A stretch of 58,889 bases of DNA from IMG/VR virus record IMGVR_UViG_3300007735_000764, positions 1 through 58,889 of that record. The stretch is one strand, 5' to 3'. The stretch is from a virus. Taxonomy: Duplodnaviria; Caudoviricetes. The notes beneath the pieces were generated by a model. The model searched no databases. It was not told the DNA's origin and worked only from the letters and a program-made list of their open reading frames with translations. Both the position numbers and the translations under genes were made by a program. Below, in pieces: positions 26,750 through 36,506 of this stretch (position 1 is the first letter of the stretch; every line of letters starts with the position of its first letter).

Positions 26750-26825
26750 TGACTAACGTGGACCGTGGACCGTGATTCGTCAAGCGGGGGTCTTGAAATT
26801 TTTTTCGGCCTCACTATTCTGAGGA
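26750..26825. promoter_or_regulatory. Divergent sigma70-type promoters for the replication operon and SNF2 helicase
   Basis: Minus strand: TTGACG (26783-26778)-17 nt-CACGTT. Plus strand: TTGAAA (26793)-16 nt-TATTCT (26815). Confidence 0.6.
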
Positions 26826-26852
26826 TCAGCCGATAGAAAGGGGCAACCAATC

Positions 26853-28307
26853 ATGAGCACCGTGACCTACGACAATTACCCATTCAAGTTCAAACCGTAC
26901 CGGCATCAGCAAGACGCCCTTGCACGTTCTTGGAAGAAGTCGGACTACGCATTGTTTGCGGAGATGGGGACAGGCAAATCAAAGATCCTTATCGATTCGC
27001 TGGCTTTCCTTTGGGACGCAAACGAAATCGAAGCTGCGCTAATCGTAGCGCCCAAGGGCGTCTACAAAAACTGGCAGCTCACTGAACTTCCCAAGCACTT
27101 GCCGGACCACGTACCACTAGATGTTGTGGTCTGGTCGCCATCAAACACTAAGAAGCAGGAAGCGGAACTCAAGCGAGGGCTTGAGAAGGACGGCAAGTTC
27201 AAGGTTCTGATCATGAACGTCGAGGCCTTCTCGACGCAGCGCGGCACCAACTACGCGATGGACTTCCTCCGCAAGCACGGCGCCCTCATGGCCATAGACG
27301 AAAGTACGACGATCAAGAATGGTCAGGCTAAGCGCACGAAGAACTGCATCCGCGTCGGCATGCTGGCCAAGTACAAGCGAATCATGACGGGGTCCCCAAT
27401 CACCAAGAGCCCCATGGATCTTTACAGCCAGTGCGGTTTCTTGGATCCAAGTCTGCTCGGATTCAACTCCTTCTACTCATTTCAGGCGCGGTACTGCCGG
27501 CTGCAAAAGCGCAGCGTCGGATCGCACTCTTTCAATCAGGTCGTCGGGTATCAGAACCTGAGCGAGCTGACGGACAAGTTGGACCGATTCTCGTACCGCA
27601 TCCTGAAGAAGGACTGCTTGGATCTGCCCGAAAAGATCTACATGAAGCGCAGCGTGGAGCTGACAGACGAGCAAGCTCTGCTCTACGCGCGGATCAAGAA
27701 GCAAGCTATTGCAGAATTGGATGGCAAGCTGCTCACCGCGCAGAACGTCCTGACCCAGATCCTTCGTTTGCAACAGATCTGCTCCGGCTATTTCAAGGCG
27801 GACGACGGTACGGTCATCAACATGCACAGCAACAAGTTCGATGAGTTGATGGACGTGCTGGAGGAAGTGGACGGCAAGGTCATCATCTGGGCCAACTACA
27901 CCTACGATCTGGAAATGATTCGCGACAAGCTGGCCAAGGAGTACGGTGAGGAATCCGTTCGCGTGTACTACGGTGAGACGAAGGCCGATGACCGGCAGAA
28001 GATGGTGATCGACTTCCAGAATCCGGATCACCCGCTGCGGTTCTTCGTGGGCCAGCCACGGACCGGGGGCTATGGGCTGACGCTCACCGAAGCTTCGACC
28101 ATGGTGTACTTCTCGAACAACTACGATCTGGAAGTGCGCCTACAGTCCGAGGACCGTTGTCATCGTATCGGCCAGAAGAAGGCCGTGACTTATATCGACA
28201 TCGTCACGGAAGGCACGGTCGATGAGAAGATCCTCAAGGCCCTCCGCGAGAAGATCAACATTGCGTCTGAGGTTCTCGCGGAAGGTTATAAGGACTGGCT
28301 TATCTGA
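26853..28307 (+). CDS. SNF2-family (SF2) helicase
   Basis: EMGTGKS, IDEST, MTGSP, QILRLQQI, GGYGLTLT, QSEDRCHRIGQ. Confidence 0.93.
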   Translation: MSTVTYDNYPFKFKPYRHQQDALARSWKKSDYALFAEMGTGKSKILIDSLAFLWDANEIEAALIVAPKGVYKNWQLTELPKHLPDHVPLDVVVWSPSNTKKQEAELKRGLEKDGKFKVLIMNVEAFSTQRGTNYAMDFLRKHGALMAIDESTTIKNGQAKRTKNCIRVGMLAKYKRIMTGSPITKSPMDLYSQCGFLDPSLLGFNSFYSFQARYCRLQKRSVGSHSFNQVVGYQNLSELTDKLDRFSYRILKKDCLDLPEKIYMKRSVELTDEQALLYARIKKQAIAELDGKLLTAQNVLTQILRLQQICSGYFKADDGTVINMHSNKFDELMDVLEEVDGKVIIWANYTYDLEMIRDKLAKEYGEESVRVYYGETKADDRQKMVIDFQNPDHPLRFFVGQPRTGGYGLTLTEASTMVYFSNNYDLEVRLQSEDRCHRIGQKKAVTYIDIVTEGTVDEKILKALREKINIASEVLAEGYKDWLI

Positions 28308-31300
28308 TCACTTACCGGTCTTATCGATCAGGTTCTCCGTCATGACCTTGCCAATTTGACGGCGGGCCTCGCGGATCTGTTCGACCTGAGTTTCCTTTTG
28401 ATCCTGCGGGATGTTCGGATTGTTTACGATCATCCGCTCGTTGCGGCTTAGCGTGTTGAGCTGAGTGCGGAGACCGGTAACGGACTGCTTCATTGCTAGC
28501 AGGCCTTCGTTCTTCTTCATCAGTTCCTGCGCGAGATCCGCACGACCCTGTGCAACGTAGGTGTTGATGGCCGTGGTCACCCCTTGGATCTCTGCCGACA
28601 GACGGTAGATGTCAGCAACGCCTTTCGGGTTGGTGTTCTGCGCCGTCTTTAGGAACGTCGAGATTGTGGGGTATTGTGTCCAATCCTTCTCGACGCCCGT
28701 GCCGGTGGCAGAACGGTACATGCCGTCCACCAGACCCAGAACGCTGGTGACGATCTGACCGCCATAGCCTTTGATCAACGCTTCGACCTGCACCGGGGAC
28801 AGGCCCGCGGCACCGGCCAGATTCTTCACTACGTCGGAGGTTGCCGATGTGTATTGCAGTTCGGCCGGCAGGTTCTTCTGCGCCTCAGTAACGATGGGCA
28901 GACCCGTCAAGCTAGAACGGTTAAACGCAAGTTCAAACAGCGGAGCCGCAATCTGTGGGAACGGGCTGACCCCGAATGTTGACTTGAGCTGTTCCCATGC
29001 AGCCTTCGGAATGTCGCGGTTTTCAATGTTACCCATTGCCGCTTGAACAAGGATCTCCGGGAATGTCTGGAAAACGAACCCGATTTCAAACGATTTTGGA
29101 ATCGCAAGAAAGCCCCCGTCAAAACCCAAAAGCTTTAGGGGAATAGGAAGAGATCCGTAGCGAACATAATCGGGGAGCTGCTTGTATTCGTCATCGTCTC
29201 CGAACATGGCTTGCAGCGCCATGGATACACCGAAGAGATACCCGCCTTTGATCATCGTGTTGGCGAAGGCCTTGGGTCCAAACGCACGAGCCGTCACGTC
29301 CATACCTTGCAGACGCCCGTTAACGAACGGGATCATGATGGACATGTAGCGAACGATGGAACTTGCGCCCTGCTTGCGGAAGTTAATCACCTCCTGCGCA
29401 CGGAACGCAGCTTCGGCTTCGTTGCCTGTCTTTTCCAAAACCTGCCGGTAAATTTCCGTACGAGTGGCCGCGTCGGAAGCCTCGGAGATATCGCCAAGCT
29501 TGTTCCAAACCTTTGAGATAATCCCGCTTAGAACGCGACCGTTAGGGACAACGTAAACCCCGTTCGAGGTGGGCTTGAAGTTCTCGTTGAGAAGTTGTGT
29601 CGCATCCTCGACGCCGGGGATAGAACGATAACCGCCCTTGATACCCCAGTTCTGGATGGCCTGCATCTCCGTCATGGACTGTGGATCAGTGACGCCTTTG
29701 ACAAAACGCTGGATCGCGTTGAACGGGTTGAACGATACGCCGCTCGTAACAAACGCTTGAACGGGATCACGGATCACGTTCTTTAAGATGAAGTCCGGGG
29801 ACCGTGTCACAAGCTCACGATAGAACTGCGTGAACTTGCCAGGAATCCTTGTCCAGTTTGGAAGCTGGTAAGCCCCCGTTGTTTCAAGGGCCGCGGCCAT
29901 AACGGGATCTTTCAAAGCATAATACTGCTCGACACCGTTGACACGGGTAACACCTTCGCTCTGATCAGGAGGAAGCTTCGCGCCCTTCTTGATCTTCTGT
30001 GCTTCTCCCAAACCTTCCATCATCGTGAAGATCTTGTTCGACGCAAGATTCTTGGAGGCCGAGTGCATCCAGAACTGTGCGTTCTTCATGATGACTTCAA
30101 CGGGATCAGCCTGTAGCTGCTCCGTTCCGCCCATCGCCTGCTGGATCTTGGTCCGTGTGAGGACGCCCGAGGTGAAGAGTGGCCCGGTGTAACGACCCGT
30201 CTCATCCATCTCACGATAGAAGGGGTAATAGTCGTTGTGCTTTGTGAATTCGTTGGCGACATCTTGTGAGATCACACCAGCGTCCACGGCCATTTGCATC
30301 AAGGCCTTGTTGAAATTCTGATAATCTTGATAGGCCTTCGTGACAACAGGATCTTTGCCGTAGTGATCAATAATCGCTTGGGCTTCGGCCTTGGTGATGG
30401 GGGCCTGCTTGTCTGCGTAGCGGCCAAGGACACGCTTTGCCATTGAGTAATATTTGAAGGCGTCGAGCTTCTCTGCCCGGATGAGATCCGCCAAGAAGGT
30501 AAGACCAACCTTGTTGTTCGTGTTGTCAACGAGAAGCATGCCGTCGAGCGATTGCTCAAGCGGATCTTTTGACTTGGAAAACTTCTTGATAACCGGAACG
30601 CCGCCAAACTTGATCAGCGTCTCTAACATGCCGAGGACGTTCTCGCGTCCAAGGATCGCAGCGTACGGAGACAGGTTTGCTGCAAGCGCATGACGATCAT
30701 CGTATGCGGCTTCCAGCTTCAAACCCTGTTTCTTTAGGAAGTCAACGTAACGCTCTTGCATCCGCTTCACATAAATAAAGCGGTCCGTCAGAGCGTAAGC
30801 AATTTTGTCTCCGAGATTCTTATAAGAACCAGAGTCGTAAGCTTCTTTGACAGCCTTCAAGAAACCTTTGAATCCCATGGATTCTGGCTTCGTATAAACC
30901 TTCGCCAGCTTCTGTGTGGCAGACTCAACATCGGCAGGAGCTTCCGCAGCGGTTGTGTCTTGATCAGTAACGACAGCAGTCTGCGCCCCGGCCTCAAGAG
31001 CCTTGCCCTTTTTTCCGATGTACTCAGGCCTTAACTGCAATAGTTCCAGTGCAACAACCGTAGCGTTCGGAGTTCTCTTAACCTTACCGTACTTATCTTT
31101 CATCAGACGCTCAAATGCGCCTTCTGTTTCCGGCATGCCAAGCATCTTGGCGATGCGTGAATAAAGATCGCGGAGAAGTTCCAAGATGTCTTTCTGAAAC
31201 TTTTCGAACACAGTCTTCGGAACAAGCTGATCCAAGTTCTTCGTGTAGAACTCAGCACCCTTCTCAGCCACCCATTCAGAGAACGAGCGTTGATAGCGAG

Positions 31301-33629
31301 AAGCAAACTCCTGCTTGCGAACAAGCGCATCGCCTGTTGTCTTGGATTCGCTCGCAAGGAAAGTTTCGTACTGCTTGCGTGACAGTCCTGTCGCTTTCAG
31401 CATCCGGTCAAGCACAGGACCAAGATCGCCACCCTTACGGGTTTCGATCAATCCCTTAACGAGAAGGGAACGCTGCATCGAACTCGGGTTACGATCCTTG
31501 ACGTATTGCTGAAGGATCGCGGACAGAGTTTCGTTGTCGGCATTGGCCACGTAGAAATACTCTACGGGATGGGCCATCTCGTGGAAGATCGTATGAAGAA
31601 GTTTCGCTTTGAAAGCTTCTGGCTTTCCAGCGAACTCCTTTTTCAAAGCGTCTACGTTAAGACGCATGACCATGTTATTGGCATTCCATCCGCCCATGAA
31701 CGTAGTCATCTTGCCGCGATGACGGGCGCGTTCTTGCGAACGTGTGACGTTCAGCTCTGTACCGGGGAACAGATTCTGCTGAATCTCTCGCAGAACCCCA
31801 CCGATGCCCGGGATGTACCCTTCAAGTTCCTGTTCGAACTTCGGAGAAATCTTAAACGTAGACGGGGCGCGAGTGAACGGCGCCGTCTGCGGAGGAGGCG
31901 GAGCTGGTTGTGCTTGGACCGTGGTCGGAGGAGCTTGCTCCACGGGCGGTGTTGCGGGTTCTGCCACAACAGGAACTGGCGTCTCAGCGGGTGGCGGAGT
32001 TTCCGCAATAGCTGCCGGAGCTGTTTGAACAGGGCGTGGTGCAGCAGGAGTGAACGGCTGCACAACCATAGGTGTCGTGGCCGGTTCATTCTTCATGCCG
32101 CGGAACTGCTGCTTCAATTGTGCGCGAAGCTGCTTACCGTAGTCCGTGATCTGTGGGTCTGTCAGACCTTGGCCCTTGAGCCAATCGCGGTATTCCAGAT
32201 CAAGCTTCGTCGGGTTCGCTTTAGAAATCTGGAACAGTGCCCGCTCAATTCCGGACGGGAACTGCAAGCGGAACTTGTCATACTTTGGATCGCCTGCGGC
32301 CAACTTCTTCGGGAGCGGCGGGACGTTCTCAAGTTTGAACGGCTCAACGACTTCACCCGGAAGAGGGGCGGCTTGTGCAGGAGCTGGACCTTGGACCGTG
32401 GTCGAAGGAACAGGTTCAACGCTAACGGGTTCGGGCGCAGCGGCAGGTTCTGTAGCAACCGGTTCGGGCGCTGCACGCGGAGCTGGCGCCATAGCCGGAG
32501 GTTCGGAGACGGGGGTTTCCGCAACAGGTGTTTCAGAGATCGGTGCCGCAGCACCTTCTACCGGAGGAGGAGTTGCCCCCTCAACAACGGCTTCGCCACC
32601 GGGAGGAGGAGCTGCGCCTTCAACAACGGCTTCGCCTTCACCCGTTGCGGCCGCACCCTCGCCTTCCGCAGCCGGGGCTTCTGCTTCCATGCCGGGTTTG
32701 ACGGGAGTTTCTGTGCGTGGCTTGCGGTATGAGATCGCACCACCTGCGCCACCAAGCGCACCACCCAACAGGCCGCCGGCAATAGCGGCTTCTTTGAGTT
32801 CGTTCTGAACCTCCGGGCTAAAGCTCATGAGCTTTTCCGGGTTGGCTTGCAGGATCTCAAGAGCCTGCTGACCAGATTCTGTCAGAGCTTCTGTTGCGCC
32901 GCCTTCAACACCACGGCGGACTGCTGCCGCAACACGACTGCCAGCCTGACCCGCAGACAAGCCAGGGAATCCACGAAGGATGGTTGCAAGAGACAGCGTG
33001 TCCAGCGCCGACTGGCCAAGAGCCGCAGCACCAGCAGCGCCCAAGGACGTTTCCTCAAACGGAGTGCCTTCCTCCATTTGACGTTGGATATTGTAGCCGG
33101 TGTACGCACCCGTACCCGCGGCTGTCGCGCCAAGTGACGCAGCGGCTGTTGGCGAAAGGCCGCGAGCCGCAGCAAGACCAACGGCGCCAGCAGCACCACG
33201 CAATGCCAGACCACCAATGCCGCCGCCAACTTGTAGAAGCATTTGCGGGGCCGATTCGCCAAAGCGTTCATAAAGATAGCGGCCGAACTTGTACGCACTG
33301 TCTACGTCTTCAAAGCTGCGGGTCTCAGGCTGGTAGCGGGCAGCAATATCTGCCTGTCGCTCCTCCGCCCGACCAAGATATTCTTTGGCGGTCTCTTCTG
33401 CGCCAAGAGCTTGAGCGCCACGGGCAACCGCCGTTTCGGCTGCGCCCTTCAGGCCTTCGATGCCTGCACGGAATGGGCCTACCCTTGGACCACGGCCTTG
33501 GAGTTCCAAGTTGAAGTCGGCTTTCTCTTGATCGCCGCCGTACTTTTTGAAAAGGGCGTCAGACAGGACATCGTCCGGGACGGAGGCGTACTCAGGAAAC
33601 GCCTGCCGAATTTCCTTCAATGTCGCCAT
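28308..33629 (-). CDS. Giant internal virion/ejection protein, LPD38-type C-terminus, HExxH motif
   Basis: 1773 aa; Ala/Gly-rich N-terminus, Pro-rich linker, IFHEMAH, YYPFYR, NFRKQG...IPFVN...QG, IPKSFEIG, SPVQVEALIKGY. Confidence 0.8.
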   Translation of the reverse strand: MATLKEIRQAFPEYASVPDDVLSDALFKKYGGDQEKADFNLELQGRGPRVGPFRAGIEGLKGAAETAVARGAQALGAEETAKEYLGRAEERQADIAARYQPETRSFEDVDSAYKFGRYLYERFGESAPQMLLQVGGGIGGLALRGAAGAVGLAAARGLSPTAAASLGATAAGTGAYTGYNIQRQMEEGTPFEETSLGAAGAAALGQSALDTLSLATILRGFPGLSAGQAGSRVAAAVRRGVEGGATEALTESGQQALEILQANPEKLMSFSPEVQNELKEAAIAGGLLGGALGGAGGAISYRKPRTETPVKPGMEAEAPAAEGEGAAATGEGEAVVEGAAPPPGGEAVVEGATPPPVEGAAAPISETPVAETPVSEPPAMAPAPRAAPEPVATEPAAAPEPVSVEPVPSTTVQGPAPAQAAPLPGEVVEPFKLENVPPLPKKLAAGDPKYDKFRLQFPSGIERALFQISKANPTKLDLEYRDWLKGQGLTDPQITDYGKQLRAQLKQQFRGMKNEPATTPMVVQPFTPAAPRPVQTAPAAIAETPPPAETPVPVVAEPATPPVEQAPPTTVQAQPAPPPPQTAPFTRAPSTFKISPKFEQELEGYIPGIGGVLREIQQNLFPGTELNVTRSQERARHRGKMTTFMGGWNANNMVMRLNVDALKKEFAGKPEAFKAKLLHTIFHEMAHPVEYFYVANADNETLSAILQQYVKDRNPSSMQRSLLVKGLIETRKGGDLGPVLDRMLKATGLSRKQYETFLASESKTTGDALVRKQEFASRYQRSFSEWVAEKGAEFYTKNLDQLVPKTVFEKFQKDILELLRDLYSRIAKMLGMPETEGAFERLMKDKYGKVKRTPNATVVALELLQLRPEYIGKKGKALEAGAQTAVVTDQDTTAAEAPADVESATQKLAKVYTKPESMGFKGFLKAVKEAYDSGSYKNLGDKIAYALTDRFIYVKRMQERYVDFLKKQGLKLEAAYDDRHALAANLSPYAAILGRENVLGMLETLIKFGGVPVIKKFSKSKDPLEQSLDGMLLVDNTNNKVGLTFLADLIRAEKLDAFKYYSMAKRVLGRYADKQAPITKAEAQAIIDHYGKDPVVTKAYQDYQNFNKALMQMAVDAGVISQDVANEFTKHNDYYPFYREMDETGRYTGPLFTSGVLTRTKIQQAMGGTEQLQADPVEVIMKNAQFWMHSASKNLASNKIFTMMEGLGEAQKIKKGAKLPPDQSEGVTRVNGVEQYYALKDPVMAAALETTGAYQLPNWTRIPGKFTQFYRELVTRSPDFILKNVIRDPVQAFVTSGVSFNPFNAIQRFVKGVTDPQSMTEMQAIQNWGIKGGYRSIPGVEDATQLLNENFKPTSNGVYVVPNGRVLSGIISKVWNKLGDISEASDAATRTEIYRQVLEKTGNEAEAAFRAQEVINFRKQGASSIVRYMSIMIPFVNGRLQGMDVTARAFGPKAFANTMIKGGYLFGVSMALQAMFGDDDEYKQLPDYVRYGSLPIPLKLLGFDGGFLAIPKSFEIGFVFQTFPEILVQAAMGNIENRDIPKAAWEQLKSTFGVSPFPQIAAPLFELAFNRSSLTGLPIVTEAQKNLPAELQYTSATSDVVKNLAGAAGLSPVQVEALIKGYGGQIVTSVLGLVDGMYRSATGTGVEKDWTQYPTISTFLKTAQNTNPKGVADIYRLSAEIQGVTTAINTYVAQGRADLAQELMKKNEGLLAMKQSVTGLRTQLNTLSRNERMIVNNPNIPQDQKETQVEQIREARRQIGKVMTENLIDKTGK

Positions 33630-33632
33630 GTC

Positions 33633-35135
33633 TTAGTCCCCGAGGTCGTATTCGTCAGGCAAATCTAACCCGAGACCGCCCGTTCCACCAGAGGCAGAAG
33701 GCATGCTCCCGCCTTTTGTCTGAGCGTACTCACGCTGCCTAGCGGCGATTTCAGTTTGAATTTTAAGCTGATCCGGTTTGCCGTCCTTGCCCGTGTAGTT
33801 CATGGGGTTCTTTTGAACCTCCGCCCGAACATCTCGGATCGCTTGAAGCCTAGCGTTGCCAAGCGCCTTGTTTAAATCTGCTTGCGTACGTGCTGCGGCA
33901 ATCTGAGCCCGAATCACCGGAGACATCGCCTGCGCTTGATAAACAGGCTCCATCATATTCAAGCGGCGTTCCTGCAATTGATACTCACGCTGCGCCAAGT
34001 CACGGCGCACAGCGGCATCTTCGTCGCGGCGGCGCTGCTGTTCCAAAGCGACGAAAGAAGCAAGGCCCGCTTGACCACCCTGACCAATGTTGGTGATGGC
34101 GTTCGAGCTTTTGCCTCCGGCAATAGCAAGACCGGCCTGCATAAGAGCAAGCCACATGTTTTCACGACGGGCCTCTTCCGCTTTTGCAGCGCGTTCGGCC
34201 TTGATGTCGGACAGATCCGTTCTCTTGTCAGATCCCTGTTTCTTTTCATCTTCTCCCGGAGGAAGATCGATCTTTTTCTTTTCTTTTTCAGTGGGGCTAA
34301 ACGGGAGAGATCCAAGACTTTTGGCGCGAGAGGCTTCCCGTTCATACTCACTACGAGGAATATCATTTGCCCCGGATAAGTAACGGGCTTCTCTAACGGC
34401 GTCTTCCTGTCTTTTGATTGCCGCAGCTCGTTCTTCTTCCGAGGCTTCAGTAAAGATTCCTGGAACGGGGTTTTTGTTTCTTGCCTCTTCAATAGCTTGT
34501 TGGCGCCGCATTTCCTCTTGAGACTTATCCACCGCAGCAAGGCGACTTGGGGTTGCAGCGATCAAGCTGTATAAGCCACGACCGGCGGCTGTCTTTGGAA
34601 CATATGGACGAGCTTCAGCAGCAGGTTCGCGACCATCCATCACCGGGGGAGGAATGTCTAACGGGATAGAAGGAGCGCCCATTTCTGCGGGGGCAGCAAA
34701 GGGATCTTGTCCTGGGACGAGGACTGGAACACTGTCGCCTATTACACCCATCCCAGAGGTGGCGAGACCGCCCCTCTGAAAGCGGGGAATCATCCCCATC
34801 TGAGCCATGCGCTGCATCTGCATCGCCTGCATCTGCTGCGGATTCGGCTGGGGCTGCGGAACCATACCGGGGGCCGTGGCCGGAGGACGGTACATCTGCG
34901 GACGCTCGCCTTCGGCAAACGTCTGATAGTCGCTGTTCTCGTCGCGGTTCTCGTCGCGGTTCTGTTCAAGAAGCTGACGCGCAAGACGCTCGCGCTCTGT
35001 GCGGTCGTCCGTAACCTCGCCGCCTTCGGCGTAGCCCGCTAGGTCGTCCATCAGACCGGACGTGATACCGACCCCCTTAGACGAACGCTTCGGGGCCTTC
35101 TTCTTAAACATTGGACGGGCGAGAACGCGGCTCAT
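33633..35135 (-). CDS. Internal virion protein
   Basis: VLARPMF...GITSGL N-terminus, ALMQAGLAIAGGKS; located in the ejection-protein cluster. Confidence 0.7.
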   Translation of the reverse strand: MSRVLARPMFKKKAPKRSSKGVGITSGLMDDLAGYAEGGEVTDDRTERERLARQLLEQNRDENRDENSDYQTFAEGERPQMYRPPATAPGMVPQPQPNPQQMQAMQMQRMAQMGMIPRFQRGGLATSGMGVIGDSVPVLVPGQDPFAAPAEMGAPSIPLDIPPPVMDGREPAAEARPYVPKTAAGRGLYSLIAATPSRLAAVDKSQEEMRRQQAIEEARNKNPVPGIFTEASEEERAAAIKRQEDAVREARYLSGANDIPRSEYEREASRAKSLGSLPFSPTEKEKKKIDLPPGEDEKKQGSDKRTDLSDIKAERAAKAEEARRENMWLALMQAGLAIAGGKSSNAITNIGQGGQAGLASFVALEQQRRRDEDAAVRRDLAQREYQLQERRLNMMEPVYQAQAMSPVIRAQIAAARTQADLNKALGNARLQAIRDVRAEVQKNPMNYTGKDGKPDQLKIQTEIAARQREYAQTKGGSMPSASGGTGGLGLDLPDEYDLGD

Positions 35136-35142
35136 AGAGGCC

Positions 35143-36504
35143 TCACTTCATCAAGTTGTAGGCGGACAGACCAGCGATGCCGAGACCCGTGGCCTGAGAA
35201 ATCGGGGACGCTGTCGGAGCAGTCGATGTTGCAATCGTCTGCTGCGAAGACGGCGCACCCTTGTAGATGTCCGACATGAAGGAGATACGCTGGAACGGCT
35301 CGTACTGCGCTTGCAAATCGCTGGCACGCTGAGCGTCGAGCTGCTTTTGGTTGAGGTTCTGGACCTGCTGACCGAGGTTGTACATGAAGGACGTGTCGCC
35401 CTGCACCAAGCCCGAGGACGTTTGACCAAGGTTCTGGAGCTGCGTCCCGAGACCCGCAATGCCACCGGCACCCGCCTGCTGGAGCTGGCCGGCCGACACT
35501 TCTGCCTGACCAAGAGCTTGGCCCGCCGACAAGCCGAGCTGGCCTGCCTGCAATCCGAGGGATCCTGTTCCCTGTGAGGCCTGTTGCGCAAGCTGTCCCA
35601 TGTTTTGATAAGCTTGCGAAGCCATCTGCCCGCTAGACGCAATGCCCTGACCAGCGTTCTGCGCAGCATTTGTCTGAAGCTGACCGGCGCCAAGCGCCAG
35701 ATTGCCAGCCTGCTGCATGCGAGCCTGCTGGTTCTGGAAGGCGTTCATCGAAGCCTGCTGCGCTTGCAGGTAGTTCTGAGCGTAGTCGGCCTGCGCCGTG
35801 CGGGCCATCTGATCCTGCACGTTGCGCTCGTACTCCGAACGCTGGATGCCTTCACGCGAACCACCGAACGCGCCAGAGCGAACAGCCTGCGCGGCCAACT
35901 GACCACGGCCGATATCCGCCTGACGGCGCATTTCACGCAGGGTGTTTTCCGTCACAGCCTGCTGATACGGGTTCATGTAAGATGCGCTCATGTTGGGGTC
36001 GTACCCCTGCGCACCCATGAAGCCCGCTTGAGAAGCGCCGGAACCGTAGATGTTGGCGATGTCAGAGCCGTACTGAGCGTAGCCGCCCGCCGTCGTTCCG
36101 GCCGTCCCAGCAATACGTGCAGCTTCCTGCCCGTAGCCAAGACCCAAGGCCGACAGTTCGTTGGCGCTGCGCAGTGCTTGTCCAGCCTGACCCGTCGCGT
36201 AGTTACGCGCTTCTTGTAGAGCGCCGCGAGCTTGCAAGCCGTACATGGGCAAGCCGGCGTACATACCGCCAGCTTGCTGAATTGCATTCTGCGATTGCAT
36301 GAGGAACGGGAGATAGGTCCCGACCCCAAGCTGGGCCATTTCAAAAGCTTGTCTTTGCTCCGGAGAAAACCCTGCAACCTGATAGTCCGGAAGCGTTACA
36401 GGAATCGCTCCACGTTCTTTCGCAAGCTGAAGAAGCCCAAGCTTATAGGCTTCAATCTCTGGGGCTTCGCGAACGATTTGCGTTTGGGTTGTAGTATCCG
36501 CCAC
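35143..36504 (-). CDS. Gln/Ala/Gly-rich DNA pilot/ejection-like protein
   Basis: REAPEIEAYKLGL, YMNPYQQAV, GAFGGSR, YEPFQRISF. Confidence 0.75.
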   Translation of the reverse strand: MADTTTQTQIVREAPEIEAYKLGLLQLAKERGAIPVTLPDYQVAGFSPEQRQAFEMAQLGVGTYLPFLMQSQNAIQQAGGMYAGLPMYGLQARGALQEARNYATGQAGQALRSANELSALGLGYGQEAARIAGTAGTTAGGYAQYGSDIANIYGSGASQAGFMGAQGYDPNMSASYMNPYQQAVTENTLREMRRQADIGRGQLAAQAVRSGAFGGSREGIQRSEYERNVQDQMARTAQADYAQNYLQAQQASMNAFQNQQARMQQAGNLALGAGQLQTNAAQNAGQGIASSGQMASQAYQNMGQLAQQASQGTGSLGLQAGQLGLSAGQALGQAEVSAGQLQQAGAGGIAGLGTQLQNLGQTSSGLVQGDTSFMYNLGQQVQNLNQKQLDAQRASDLQAQYEPFQRISFMSDIYKGAPSSQQTIATSTAPTASPISQATGLGIAGLSAYNLMK

Positions 36505-36506
36505 GA

